Assembly (NCBI GenBank): GCA_051748025.1
Contig: JBNJGX010000005.1
Coordinates: 1 to 33,046, forward strand
From: Bacteroidota bacterium
Lineage (GTDB): Bacteria; Bacteroidota; Bacteroidia; Bacteroidales; ML635J-15
Reading direction: 5' to 3'
Length of the DNA: 33,046 nucleotides
Of this stretch, positions 1 through 8,977 are shown piece after piece; positions within the stretch are counted from its first letter, which is position 1; the number at the start of each line of letters is the position of its first letter. A program made the translations under genes and the position numbers. The notes below the pieces were generated by a model that saw nothing but the letters and a program-made list of their open reading frames with translations, was not told the origin of the DNA and did no database searches.

Positions 1-1
1 G

Positions 2-1351
2 TTCAAACAGTTTTTTCTGAAGGTTGTTTTTGTATTCGTGTGTTTTATCATACATTGCAGCGTAGTGCTTATCCGCATAATCAGCAAATTTTATATAATC
101 CTGAAATGCATGATTACTGTTCATTTTTAATGTTTCAGGTGGAGACAGATGATTTTTTAATGCCACTTCCGGGGTGTGTTGGTGGTAAGATGAAGGAAAT
201 TTTTCAATACCGGAATATACAGGGAGAAAAGGTTGAATGCAGGGACGTCTGAAAGCCAGCCAAATTAAAACACCCAAATTTTCAGGGATATCTTTTTTTA
301 ATCCGGCAACAAACCCATATTGATTGTGTACAGCACAAATTGTATTCACCGGATTTTTGTGCGGGTTGCCATTACGATATTTACGGCTTGCATCAAATTC
401 GGTGCCTTCATAATGGTTTCCAAGCATCTGCATAAAGTCGTGTGTCTTTAGTTTTCGGGCAGGTTTTACAGAAAACGGCAATGCCTCATCCATTGGGTAA
501 TTTTTCCCTGTGATGAATTTCAGTCCCTGCCATTTACGGGCGATATTTCCCGGATGTGCCAGGCTTTCAGGGCTTCCATATGCTTTTCTGAAATTAAAAT
601 CTCCGTCTTTTTCAGCGTCATACCATCCTCGTTTGGTAGCATATTCAATAATATCATGACAAACCATAAAATTTTCTTTGTCCCCAGGGTTAATTTTAGT
701 TATGGTAAAATAATTTGGGATAATCATCACTTCATCATCTGGTACCCGTTGTGCTACCCAGTGTTTTCCATTAACCACAGCCAGCACCCATGCTTCATCT
801 TTATCAGCAATGGAATATGTCCTGCCCGATGAGTCATAGCCATACTTTTCAATAAGCCCGGCTGCAATTTCCACCGCTTCTCTTGCTGAACCGGCACTCT
901 CGGCAAGTATCCGCCTGAACATAAATCCGATGCCACCTTCACTTAATTCTGGCTTGTCTTCTCTTGAGGGGCAAGCGTTTGAAACTATAACAACACCTTT
1001 GTCATTGATATAACAACCGGCAAAATCCTGTCCGGGCATTTCCAGCCACAGAAATCCATGGGTTTTCTTTTTTACTGGCTTAATGTCTGCACCGTTTTTT
1101 GTCCGGTGTATTTGTTTGGATATATTTCCTTTTGTTGATGTGTGAGCAAAATCAAACTCCGGCACTTTCAACAGGTTGACAATGTTTTCGCCATGATCAT
1201 CTTCGTTATGTGCAAGTGTAACCACACCATTGGCAGTAGCGTCCTTTCCTGCAATGATGGTATAGCAATTAAATCCATTTGTTGGCAGCGTTTGTGAAAA
1301 AAGAAACGCCCCTTGTAACCATATAAAAACCAGTAAAAATATTTTTCTCAT
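2..1351 (-). CDS. Peptidase family C69 (dipeptidase/secernin-like Ntn hydrolase), secreted; 3' end lies outside the window
   Basis: Not in the ORF track because there is no stop inside the window. Manual translation from ATG at 1351 gives MRKIFLLVFIWLQGAFLFSQ (signal peptide), then NCYTIIAGKDATANGVVTLAHNEDD (N-terminal nucleophile Cys motif) and GRTYSIADKDEAWVL...HWVAQRVPDDEVMIIPNYF. The frame stays open to the window edge. Confidence 0.85.
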   Translation of the reverse strand, partial: MRKIFLLVFIWLQGAFLFSQTLPTNGFNCYTIIAGKDATANGVVTLAHNEDDHGENIVNLLKVPEFDFAHTSTKGNISKQIHRTKNGADIKPVKKKTHGFLWLEMPGQDFAGCYINDKGVVIVSNACPSREDKPELSEGGIGFMFRRILAESAGSAREAVEIAAGLIEKYGYDSSGRTYSIADKDEAWVLAVVNGKHWVAQRVPDDEVMIIPNYFTITKINPGDKENFMVCHDIIEYATKRGWYDAEKDGDFNFRKAYGSPESLAHPGNIARKWQGLKFITGKNYPMDEALPFSVKPARKLKTHDFMQMLGNHYEGTEFDASRKYRNGNPHKNPVNTICAVHNQYGFVAGLKKDIPENLGVLIWLAFRRPCIQPFLPVYSGIEKFPSSYHQHTPEVALKNHLSPPETLKMNSNHAFQDYIKFADYADKHYAAMYDKTHEYKNNLQKKLFE

Positions 1352-1385
1352 CGTATGTTTGTTTTAATTTGAAGGGCAAATTATT

Positions 1386-1393
1386 CAAAATTA
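1386..1393 (-). promoter_or_regulatory. Putative Bacteroidota -7 promoter element (TAATTTTG) for the C69 peptidase
   Basis: Matches the TAnnTTTG consensus about 35 nt upstream of the start codon. Chance matches are possible in AT-rich DNA. Confidence 0.4.
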
Positions 1394-1515
1394 GATTCAA
1401 TACCAAAATAAAAATTATCATTTGCTTGATTTAAGCATATTTGTGTCTGTCCCTTATTTTTTGATGCAATTAACAATTCTGTTCATCTAAAAGGTGTAGA
1501 ATGATGTAATTTTAT

Positions 1516-1523
1516 TATTTTTG
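1516..1523 (+). promoter_or_regulatory. Putative Bacteroidota -7 promoter element (TATTTTTG) for the YfhO-like gene
   Basis: TAnnTTTG match 17 nt upstream of ATG 1541. Confidence 0.45.
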
Positions 1524-1540
1524 GGCAAAACAGATAAATT

Positions 1541-4099
1541 ATGAAACTCAACATCAAAAAACAAGTCTTACCCCACATTATAGCGGTATTGGGGTTTTTA
1601 CTTATTTCGGTTTTGTATTTTTCACCGGTTTTGAACAATCAAAAGCTGCAACAACACGACTGGAAAGTATATCAGGCAGCGGTAAAAGAATATAAAGCTG
1701 TTAAAGACAGTACAGGGGAAGTTTCACTCTGGACAAATTCAATGTTCAGCGGGATGCCAACTTATCTGATACATACGCCAAAATCCAAAATTGTTTTCAA
1801 CAAAATCAATTACATAATGAATTTTGGAAACTGGCGTCCGGTAGCTCATCTGTTTTATTATTTACTGGGATTTTATATTCTACTTTTGGTGTTTCGCGTT
1901 AAACCCTGGCTCAGTATGGCCGGAGCCACTGCATTCGGTTTTTCATCATATTTATTTATTATTATAGCTGCCGGCCATGTAACAAAAGCTATAGCACTCG
2001 GATATATGGCCCCGGTTATAGCCGGTGTATATTTGGCTTACGACCGAAAACCATTCTGGGGCATGATGTTAATGACCTTTTTTCTGATTCTGCAAATACT
2101 TACAGGTCATTTACAAATTGTATATTATACTGCAATGACAGCTTTTATTCTTGTCATATTTTACCTTGTTGATGCTATACGTAAAAAACATCTCCCCCGG
2201 TTTCTCAAAACATCAGCAATACTGCTGGCAGGCGCTGTTATTTCTGTGGGAGCCAATGCCACACACCTGCTTACAACATACGAGTATGGTGAACATTCCA
2301 TACGCGGGAAAAGTGACTTGAGCACTGCAAAGGAAAACCGCACCACCGGGCTTGACCGGGATTATATTGTACAGTGGAGTTATGGCAAGGGGGAAACTTT
2401 TACCTTGTTAGTACCCAATTTCAAAGGCGGGCCATCCGGAGGTAGTGTTGGCAGAGACAGCGAAACCTACAGGGTAATGAAAAAATATCTGGGAGATCAG
2501 GCAGGAAGTGTCACCAAACAAATGCCGATGTATTTCGGCAAACAGCCATTTACATCCGGGCCGGTTTATGTCGGGGCATTTGTATTTTTCCTTTTCATTT
2601 TCGGATTATTCCTTGTCAGGGGAAAAATCAAATGGTGGCTGCTTATTGCCACTGTTTTATCCATCTTTTTGGCATGGGGTAAAAACATGATGTGGTTTAC
2701 TGATATTTTCCTTGATTTCCTTCCCGGATACAACAAATTCAGGACTGTATCCATGATACTTGTAATAGCAGAATTTGCGATGCCTTTGCTGGGCTTTCTT
2801 GCAATCAAAGAATTGTTTAAAAAAACCAGGGATAACAAACGTATCTTTAACGCATTAAAAATTTCGGGAGCTCTGGTTGTAGGATTTCTCCTGATAGTAA
2901 TTGCTGCTCCCGGAATTAGTAACCCTGAAACTGATAAAGACGGTCAACTTGTTGAACAAATTTTTCAGGGAACTGAAGATAATCCCCAGTATCAGCAAAT
3001 GAAACAGCGCATGATGGATGAATACGTGCCAGCCCTGCATGCAGACAGAAAATCCATGGTCAGGAAAGATGCCCTGCGTTCTTTGTTTTTTGTGCTGCTG
3101 GGGATTGGTGTTGTTTACCTGATTTACAAAAGAAAAATCAAACCGGAACTGGCTTATGCTTTACTTTTCTTAGTTGTCATTGTTGACTTGTGGCCGGTTA
3201 ATCGTCGCTATCTTAATGAAGATAATTTTGTGCCTGAAAGGCAATTTGAAAAACCTTTTATAAAGTCAACTGCAGACAGACAAATTTTGAAAGACAAAGA
3301 CGAACACTACCGTGTGGCAAACTTAAGTGTCAGCCTGTTCAATGATGCCAGCACTTCCTGGTTTCACAAATCCATTGGCGGCTACCATGGTGCCAAAATG
3401 CGCCGCTATCAGGAACTTTATGATTCATTGCTGATGTTTGAAACAAGGCAGGCACAAAACCTTGCTAATTTCATTCTTCAGTCTGAAGAAAAAGCACCTG
3501 ATCAGATCAATGGGATGTTTAATTCCAATTTTAATTCAGTGGCATTTGATATGCTCAACACAAAATACTTTATTGCCCATCCAAAAGCTCGGCCAATAAA
3601 GAATTACACTGCTTGCGGCAATGCATGGTTTGTTAAAGACTATACATTGGTGGATAATGCTGATGAAGAAATAACAAAACTCAAGCATATTGATCCGCAT
3701 GAGGAAATTGTTGTGAATGACCGTTTTGAAGAACACCTGGAAGGTTTTGAGCCTGAATACGACAGCACTGCAAACATTAGCCTTACGTATTATTCGCCCG
3801 ACAAACTCATTTATAATGCTTCTGCCGAAAAAGAACAACTGGCCGTGTTCTCTGAAATCTATTACCCGCACGGTTGGAAAAGTTTTGTCGATGGCGAAGA
3901 AGTACCACACTTTAGGGCAAATTATGTATTACGCTCTATGCGTGTACCTGCTGGTAAACATGAAATTGAATTCAGGTTTGAACCTAAATCTTATTACACC
4001 GGAAATAAGATCAGCCATGCAGCTTCAATCGTTTTCTTTTTATTGTTGCTGGGAGGATTGTTTATGGAATTCAGGAAAGCAAAGGCAAAGAATAAATAG
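1541..4099 (+). CDS. YfhO-family polytopic membrane protein (putative GT-C type glycosyltransferase)
   Basis: 852 aa with many TM segments. Motifs SLWTNSMFSGMP, GYNKFR, SIGGYHGAK, FSEIYYPHGWK..RANYVLR..VPAGKHEIEFRFEP are typical of Bacteroidota YfhO proteins. Confidence 0.8.
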   Translation: MKLNIKKQVLPHIIAVLGFLLISVLYFSPVLNNQKLQQHDWKVYQAAVKEYKAVKDSTGEVSLWTNSMFSGMPTYLIHTPKSKIVFNKINYIMNFGNWRPVAHLFYYLLGFYILLLVFRVKPWLSMAGATAFGFSSYLFIIIAAGHVTKAIALGYMAPVIAGVYLAYDRKPFWGMMLMTFFLILQILTGHLQIVYYTAMTAFILVIFYLVDAIRKKHLPRFLKTSAILLAGAVISVGANATHLLTTYEYGEHSIRGKSDLSTAKENRTTGLDRDYIVQWSYGKGETFTLLVPNFKGGPSGGSVGRDSETYRVMKKYLGDQAGSVTKQMPMYFGKQPFTSGPVYVGAFVFFLFIFGLFLVRGKIKWWLLIATVLSIFLAWGKNMMWFTDIFLDFLPGYNKFRTVSMILVIAEFAMPLLGFLAIKELFKKTRDNKRIFNALKISGALVVGFLLIVIAAPGISNPETDKDGQLVEQIFQGTEDNPQYQQMKQRMMDEYVPALHADRKSMVRKDALRSLFFVLLGIGVVYLIYKRKIKPELAYALLFLVVIVDLWPVNRRYLNEDNFVPERQFEKPFIKSTADRQILKDKDEHYRVANLSVSLFNDASTSWFHKSIGGYHGAKMRRYQELYDSLLMFETRQAQNLANFILQSEEKAPDQINGMFNSNFNSVAFDMLNTKYFIAHPKARPIKNYTACGNAWFVKDYTLVDNADEEITKLKHIDPHEEIVVNDRFEEHLEGFEPEYDSTANISLTYYSPDKLIYNASAEKEQLAVFSEIYYPHGWKSFVDGEEVPHFRANYVLRSMRVPAGKHEIEFRFEPKSYYTGNKISHAASIVFFLLLLGGLFMEFRKAKAKNK

Positions 4100-4240
4100 T
4101 GGCTTTTGAACAGTTGCTTAAATTATTAATAAATATCAAGGATATGCCGTAGATTTTAAACGAATATATGACCTAAAAAAATCTGTGGCAAACAACTAAA
4201 ATAACAATTGATAAATTGTGATTCAAATATTTAGGTTTTA

Positions 4241-5029
4241 TCACTGCTCATTTTTATTCAGATTATCCTGTACATTATAAATTTCCTGATGCAGTGCTTC
4301 AATTTTTTCCAAAGCAGTGTTTCTTTCTGAAACTTCGGATATTTCATGTAATTTATCTGGTAATGATTCAGGGATTCCGGATTCAAAAGCATCAATAAGC
4401 GGCAATAATGAAGAAAGAACAGAGAGAGACCTATCCCAGTGTTTTGATGCCATATCATCGTTGAGGCTTGTATCCCCAAGCATAAGCCGGCTGCTTTCAA
4501 TCCATGCGCCTGTCATGATAAGACCGGCTAAGGCTGTACGCTGGCCTTCTATTAAACCGTCGGTTAATTCTGCATAGGCATCCGACAATATATTTACCAC
4601 CGTATCACGTGAATACATGTGTGATTCCAATTCAATCGTTATTTGTTTCATCTGACCCGAAGGAATATGGAGGTGCTTCATGCGCTCTTCAATTTGAGAT
4701 GACAAGAACATGGCCTTATGTACCTGTTCAAAATAACGGCAATATGCCATATCGCTTAACATTATCCCGGTTTGCAGCGCAGTTTGGCTTTGTTTTTCCG
4801 GCACCGGCAAAGGGTCTGTGTTTATCAATCGTGCTTGAAAATTAATGTCCGCTTTCCGCATGGGCATAGTTATGTCTTCATAAGATGGCATACTCCGGAT
4901 CAGGGAATCAATGTTTGCCTTTTGTGATTCTTCTGCATCAAAAACAAATCCGGATTCATTCTGGTTGTTACAGGCACACATCATGACTGTAAGAAGGGCG
5001 ATCGTGATATGTAACACTGGTTTATTCAT
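4241..5029 (-). CDS. Hypothetical alpha-helical lipoprotein (262 aa)
   Basis: Likely start is ATG 5029 (MNKPVLHITIALLTVMMCA-C, lipobox), overlapping the GH92 stop (ATGAATAA), rather than 5071 as in the track. Motifs GIMLSDMAY and GAWIES. Confidence 0.7.
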   Translation of the reverse strand: MNKPVLHITIALLTVMMCACNNQNESGFVFDAEESQKANIDSLIRSMPSYEDITMPMRKADINFQARLINTDPLPVPEKQSQTALQTGIMLSDMAYCRYFEQVHKAMFLSSQIEERMKHLHIPSGQMKQITIELESHMYSRDTVVNILSDAYAELTDGLIEGQRTALAGLIMTGAWIESSRLMLGDTSLNDDMASKHWDRSLSVLSSLLPLIDAFESGIPESLPDKLHEISEVSERNTALEKIEALHQEIYNVQDNLNKNEQ

Positions 5030-8006
5030 AATAAATCTCATCGGCAAATATCCATGCAGCATTTCCTGCACCGGGATGCCACTCAGGAATATCCCCGGGA
5101 TATGTGGCTTTCATTTTAATGTATCTGATATTCTGTTTCTCTGTTTTAATTTCCAGGTTTTCAATAAACTGCCCGTAGCTTTTATTAGCTGTTTCTGGCT
5201 TTAATGTGCCAAGTGAAATAAAACGTTTTGCATTGTCAGCTACCTGGAATTCTACTTTTTCCGGCATCCATATCCAGCTTTTTATATCTTGCAAAAATCC
5301 GGCGCCAATAACAGAAACAGGTTTCTCACTTCCAATATCAACAATTGCTTCCACATCCTGCCCTTTGTATCCCTGCCACTGGCCTGTTCTGAAATTATTT
5401 CCGCCACGGATGCCATCAATCAGGGCTTTATCACCACCAGCACTGTATTGATTGCTGTATTCAGCACGTAGATGAATGCCGGTATTTTTGTCAAGTTTAG
5501 TGAACGAAGCCGTAACCACACCACTTTGATCATCTTCTGTACAAGCTATAGCCTTAATTTTACATGATTCAGAAACATAAAAATCCCCGTTACAAACCGG
5601 AGAGTTCCGGTCGGGTTTGTTACCATCTGTGGTGTAGTGAATATTTATTTCCCCTTTTTGTGAGGTGTTGATACTGACAAGCGCAGAATCGGTAAAAGTA
5701 TGCTGCTTTGCATTGATCACAGGACTTATAACAATAGGATCAGCATCAATTTCAGATGTATATATTGCCCCCGGTTCAACACCAAAATCTTTATTTGGCT
5801 TTGGTCCCATCACAAAGTGCAATGATCCCCCTGTCATGATATCCTTGTGATGGATATAAGTTTTGTTGTAAACGCTATCATTTAATTTTACAGATTGAAT
5901 ATATATGTTTTCATCCGATACATTTTCTGCTGTGATGGTAAATTTTTTCTTGTTTTCCAGTTGCAACACACAAGTATCAAACACAGGGCTTCCAAAATCA
6001 TAAACCCCATTTGCCGGATTAACCGGATAAAATCCCATGGCAGACAAAACATACCATGCCGACATTTGACCACAATCTTCATTACCTATATATCCATCGG
6101 GTTGGGTGGTGTAAAAATCATCCATGATCTGCTTTACAAGCTTTTGGGTTTTCCAGGGTTTGCCGCAATAATTATACAAGTAAGCAATGTGGTGGCTTGG
6201 TTCATTGCCATGGGCATATTGTCCGATGAGTCCGGTAATATCAACCTGGTTGTTCCCTGTGGTTTGCTCAGATGCATTAAAAAGCCGATCAAGCAAGTTA
6301 TTGAGTGTGTCTTTTCCGCCCATCATATCAATCCATGAATCAATATCATGAGGCACATAAAAGCTGTATTGCCATGCATTGGCTTCTGTGTAATTAAAAT
6401 TCACTTCAGCCGGATCAAATTTTGATATCCAACCGCCGTTGAGCCTGGGGCGCATAAGTTTTGTTGAAGGATCAAAATGGTTTTTATACTGCTGTGCCCT
6501 TGCTATGTATTCGCTGTACACTTCATGATCTCCCGTTTCCTTTGCCATCATGGCAATGCACCAGTCATCAAAAGCATATTCGAGGGCTTTTGATACAGAT
6601 TCATGTTCATCCTCAACCCCGATAAACCCTTTATTCATCCATGCAGGCAGACCAAGGTGAGACATTGTGGCAGAATGCTGCATGGCTTCCAGTGCAAGAT
6701 CAGCTTCACCGGAAACAATGCCTTTTGCATAGGCATCATAAATCACCGGGACAGCATGATACCCTATCATACAACCGGTATAATTACCCGCCAGCTCCCA
6801 GACAGGCAATTGACCGCCTTGCCGGTAATGATGCATAAAGCTCCGGATAAAATCTTTTGTTCTTTCGGTTTGGGTTATCGTAAACAATGGATGAACTGCT
6901 CTGTAAGTATCCCACAATGAGAAAACCGTATATTGTGTGTATTCGCCGGATTGATGTATCTTTTTATCTGTTCCCCTGTAATATCCGTCAAAATCACTAA
7001 AGATATCCGGGCTCAGAAATGTATGATACAAGGCTGAATAAAATTTCACTTTATCTGCTTTGCTTCCTCCGTTTACGAGGATTTTACTAAGCTCATCATT
7101 CCATTCAGAGGCAGCGAGTTTATGGGCTGTTTTAAAATTTTTACCGGCTGCTTCCTTTTCCAGGTTGTTTTTGGCTTGTTCAATACTTACAGGCGATATG
7201 CCAACTTTCACACAAATTGTTTTATCATCCGGGGTATAAAACCCAACGGCAGCCCTGATTTCTTTACCATAAACATCAAAATTTTCGTTTTCCTCAAGTT
7301 TGTCAGCTTTTACCTGATATGATCTTATTGGTTCAGAAAACCGTGCATAAAAATATACATGCTGATCCTCTGCCCATGCTTTAGACCTTCTGAATCCGGC
7401 GATATCGGTTTCATTTTCTTTTCGTAATCCCGAGTTAATAACCTGATCACGGTGTATAAGGTCAATCATTACAAATATCGAATCTGCTTTGTTATATTGA
7501 TATTTATGATATGCTGTTCGGTGTGTACAGGTAAATTCAGCGAACACATCCGGATTTTTAAGGTGCACAGCATAATAACCAGGCTCTGCATGTTCGGATG
7601 ATTTATCAAATGTGCTGGAATATCCTGTACTGAGGCTGTCTTTTGTGCCATTATGAAAAACCGGCTTACCGTCAACCGGCATGAATAAAATATCCCCGTA
7701 ATCAGAGACCCCAGTACCGCTCAGATGTGTATGACTGAACCCATAAATGATGGAATCAGAATAATGGTATCCACTGCAACCGTCCCATCCGCTGAGTCGT
7801 GTATCAGGGCTGATTTGCACCATACCAAAAGGCAGGCTGGCACCCGGGTATGTATGTCCGTGTCCACCTGTGCCAATAAAAGGATCTACTAAAACCTTCA
7901 GGTTTTTAATTTCCTTTTTATGCCTGGGAACAAAAACAAACAAAGCAATAATTCCAGCAACAAAAATAAGCGTAAATACAATTGGAAAAGTAATACGATG
8001 TTTCAT
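5022..8006 (-). CDS. GH92 family glycoside hydrolase (alpha-mannosidase-like) with C-terminal FN3-associated/chitobiase-like and discoidin-like domains
   Basis: VDPFIGTGGHGHTYPGA..PFGMVQISPDT, FSHTHLSGTG, FSLWDTYR, EANAWQY, HGNEPSHH, GNEDCGQMSAWY. C-terminus has IHYTTDG..P and a beta-sandwich ending WIFADEI. Confidence 0.93.
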   Translation of the reverse strand: MKHRITFPIVFTLIFVAGIIALFVFVPRHKKEIKNLKVLVDPFIGTGGHGHTYPGASLPFGMVQISPDTRLSGWDGCSGYHYSDSIIYGFSHTHLSGTGVSDYGDILFMPVDGKPVFHNGTKDSLSTGYSSTFDKSSEHAEPGYYAVHLKNPDVFAEFTCTHRTAYHKYQYNKADSIFVMIDLIHRDQVINSGLRKENETDIAGFRRSKAWAEDQHVYFYARFSEPIRSYQVKADKLEENENFDVYGKEIRAAVGFYTPDDKTICVKVGISPVSIEQAKNNLEKEAAGKNFKTAHKLAASEWNDELSKILVNGGSKADKVKFYSALYHTFLSPDIFSDFDGYYRGTDKKIHQSGEYTQYTVFSLWDTYRAVHPLFTITQTERTKDFIRSFMHHYRQGGQLPVWELAGNYTGCMIGYHAVPVIYDAYAKGIVSGEADLALEAMQHSATMSHLGLPAWMNKGFIGVEDEHESVSKALEYAFDDWCIAMMAKETGDHEVYSEYIARAQQYKNHFDPSTKLMRPRLNGGWISKFDPAEVNFNYTEANAWQYSFYVPHDIDSWIDMMGGKDTLNNLLDRLFNASEQTTGNNQVDITGLIGQYAHGNEPSHHIAYLYNYCGKPWKTQKLVKQIMDDFYTTQPDGYIGNEDCGQMSAWYVLSAMGFYPVNPANGVYDFGSPVFDTCVLQLENKKKFTITAENVSDENIYIQSVKLNDSVYNKTYIHHKDIMTGGSLHFVMGPKPNKDFGVEPGAIYTSEIDADPIVISPVINAKQHTFTDSALVSINTSQKGEINIHYTTDGNKPDRNSPVCNGDFYVSESCKIKAIACTEDDQSGVVTASFTKLDKNTGIHLRAEYSNQYSAGGDKALIDGIRGGNNFRTGQWQGYKGQDVEAIVDIGSEKPVSVIGAGFLQDIKSWIWMPEKVEFQVADNAKRFISLGTLKPETANKSYGQFIENLEIKTEKQNIRYIKMKATYPGDIPEWHPGAGNAAWIFADEIYYE

Positions 8007-8093
8007 GTGTTTTTAATTATTTTACAGCCGGTCAGCATTTTACCTGATCCATTGCCAGAACGAAATCTTCAGCTAAACCGGAAGCGGTAAAAT

Positions 8094-8126
8094 CAAAAGT
8101 ACAAATAATAAACACAAAATAACAAA
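8094..8126 (-). promoter_or_regulatory. Putative Bacteroidota sigma-70 promoter (-33 TTTG, 21-nt spacer, -7 TACTTTTG) for GH92 and the lipoprotein
   Basis: Both consensus boxes are present with canonical spacing, about 90 nt upstream of the GH92 start. Confidence 0.55.
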
Positions 8127-8187
8127 ACTTATCCGGTTTTAGAAAGTAAAGCAAACATTTTTACAGTAAAAATTGGTTAACAGAATA

Positions 8188-8215
8188 TCTTCAGTCTTCG
8201 GACTTCCGACTTTTA
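8188..8215. repeat. Short degenerate heptamer tandem repeat (TCTTCAG TCTTCGG ACTTCCG ACTTTTA)
   Basis: 7-nt periodicity read directly, just downstream of the recO stop. Confidence 0.4.
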
Positions 8216-8245
8216 ATTATATAAGCTGTAGTTTATCGACACACA

Positions 8246-8971
8246 CTAATTATACAAAGATTTTAACACCTCATAAGATTTTAATTTTCCAAAGCCGGGA
8301 ACATGATGATCAAAATAATTAATAATTGCTTCCAGTCCAAGTTTTCTGTCCTGATTTGAAATTCCGTTCCCTGGTATATTGCTTGCTGAGAAATGCAAAA
8401 AATGATGTATAATTTTGCTTTCCCGCACCGAAAGGCATGAAGCATTGAGATGTGCTTCACTCACAAAAAGTCCGGAATCCATATCAAGATACCTGTTTTG
8501 ATTGTTCCACTTGTTGCCAGGTTCAAAACCAAGATATTTCATAAGGTGGGTCAGAAAATAAAGATGAAAATTAACCCCGCCCTGTTCAATATTCTCAAAC
8601 ATAAGTATAGAATGCCAGATATACTGAAACAAGTTATCATCGGGTTCCATTTCCTTAATACAACGGTTCATTACATCTGCCAGAAAAATGCTTATGTTTT
8701 GTTTATGATAGTTTGATGTGATATGCATGGCGTGTTCTGCAAGATGTACATCTGTCAGCTGCTGTAAGTTACGGGATTCTTTGAAAGAAAATTCAATATC
8801 CAGCAAATGCAACGGCTGAAAATATCCCGATTTACCATTGGATTTTTTGGTTTTGTTTTTTCTTACCATCAGCGGAATTTTTCCGTAATCAGGGGTAAGC
8901 ACATGTGCAATTATGCGAGAGTCAGAATATTTCAGGTTCTTCAGAACAATGCCTTTGGTTTTGATAAGCAT
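8246..8971 (-). CDS. recO: DNA repair protein RecO
   Basis: KTKGIVLKNLKYSDSRIIAHVLT..YG OB-fold start, FQPLHLL, LMKYLGFEP, C-terminal LKSYEVLKSL. Lies downstream of porZ as in other Bacteroidota. Confidence 0.93.
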   Translation of the reverse strand: MLIKTKGIVLKNLKYSDSRIIAHVLTPDYGKIPLMVRKNKTKKSNGKSGYFQPLHLLDIEFSFKESRNLQQLTDVHLAEHAMHITSNYHKQNISIFLADVMNRCIKEMEPDDNLFQYIWHSILMFENIEQGGVNFHLYFLTHLMKYLGFEPGNKWNNQNRYLDMDSGLFVSEAHLNASCLSVRESKIIHHFLHFSASNIPGNGISNQDRKLGLEAIINYFDHHVPGFGKLKSYEVLKSLYN

Positions 8972-8977
8972 AAATGA

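Noticed and set aside
40-942. Short ORFs 40-252, 554-832 and 754-942
   Set aside because: All overlap the C69 peptidase frame and lack independent support.
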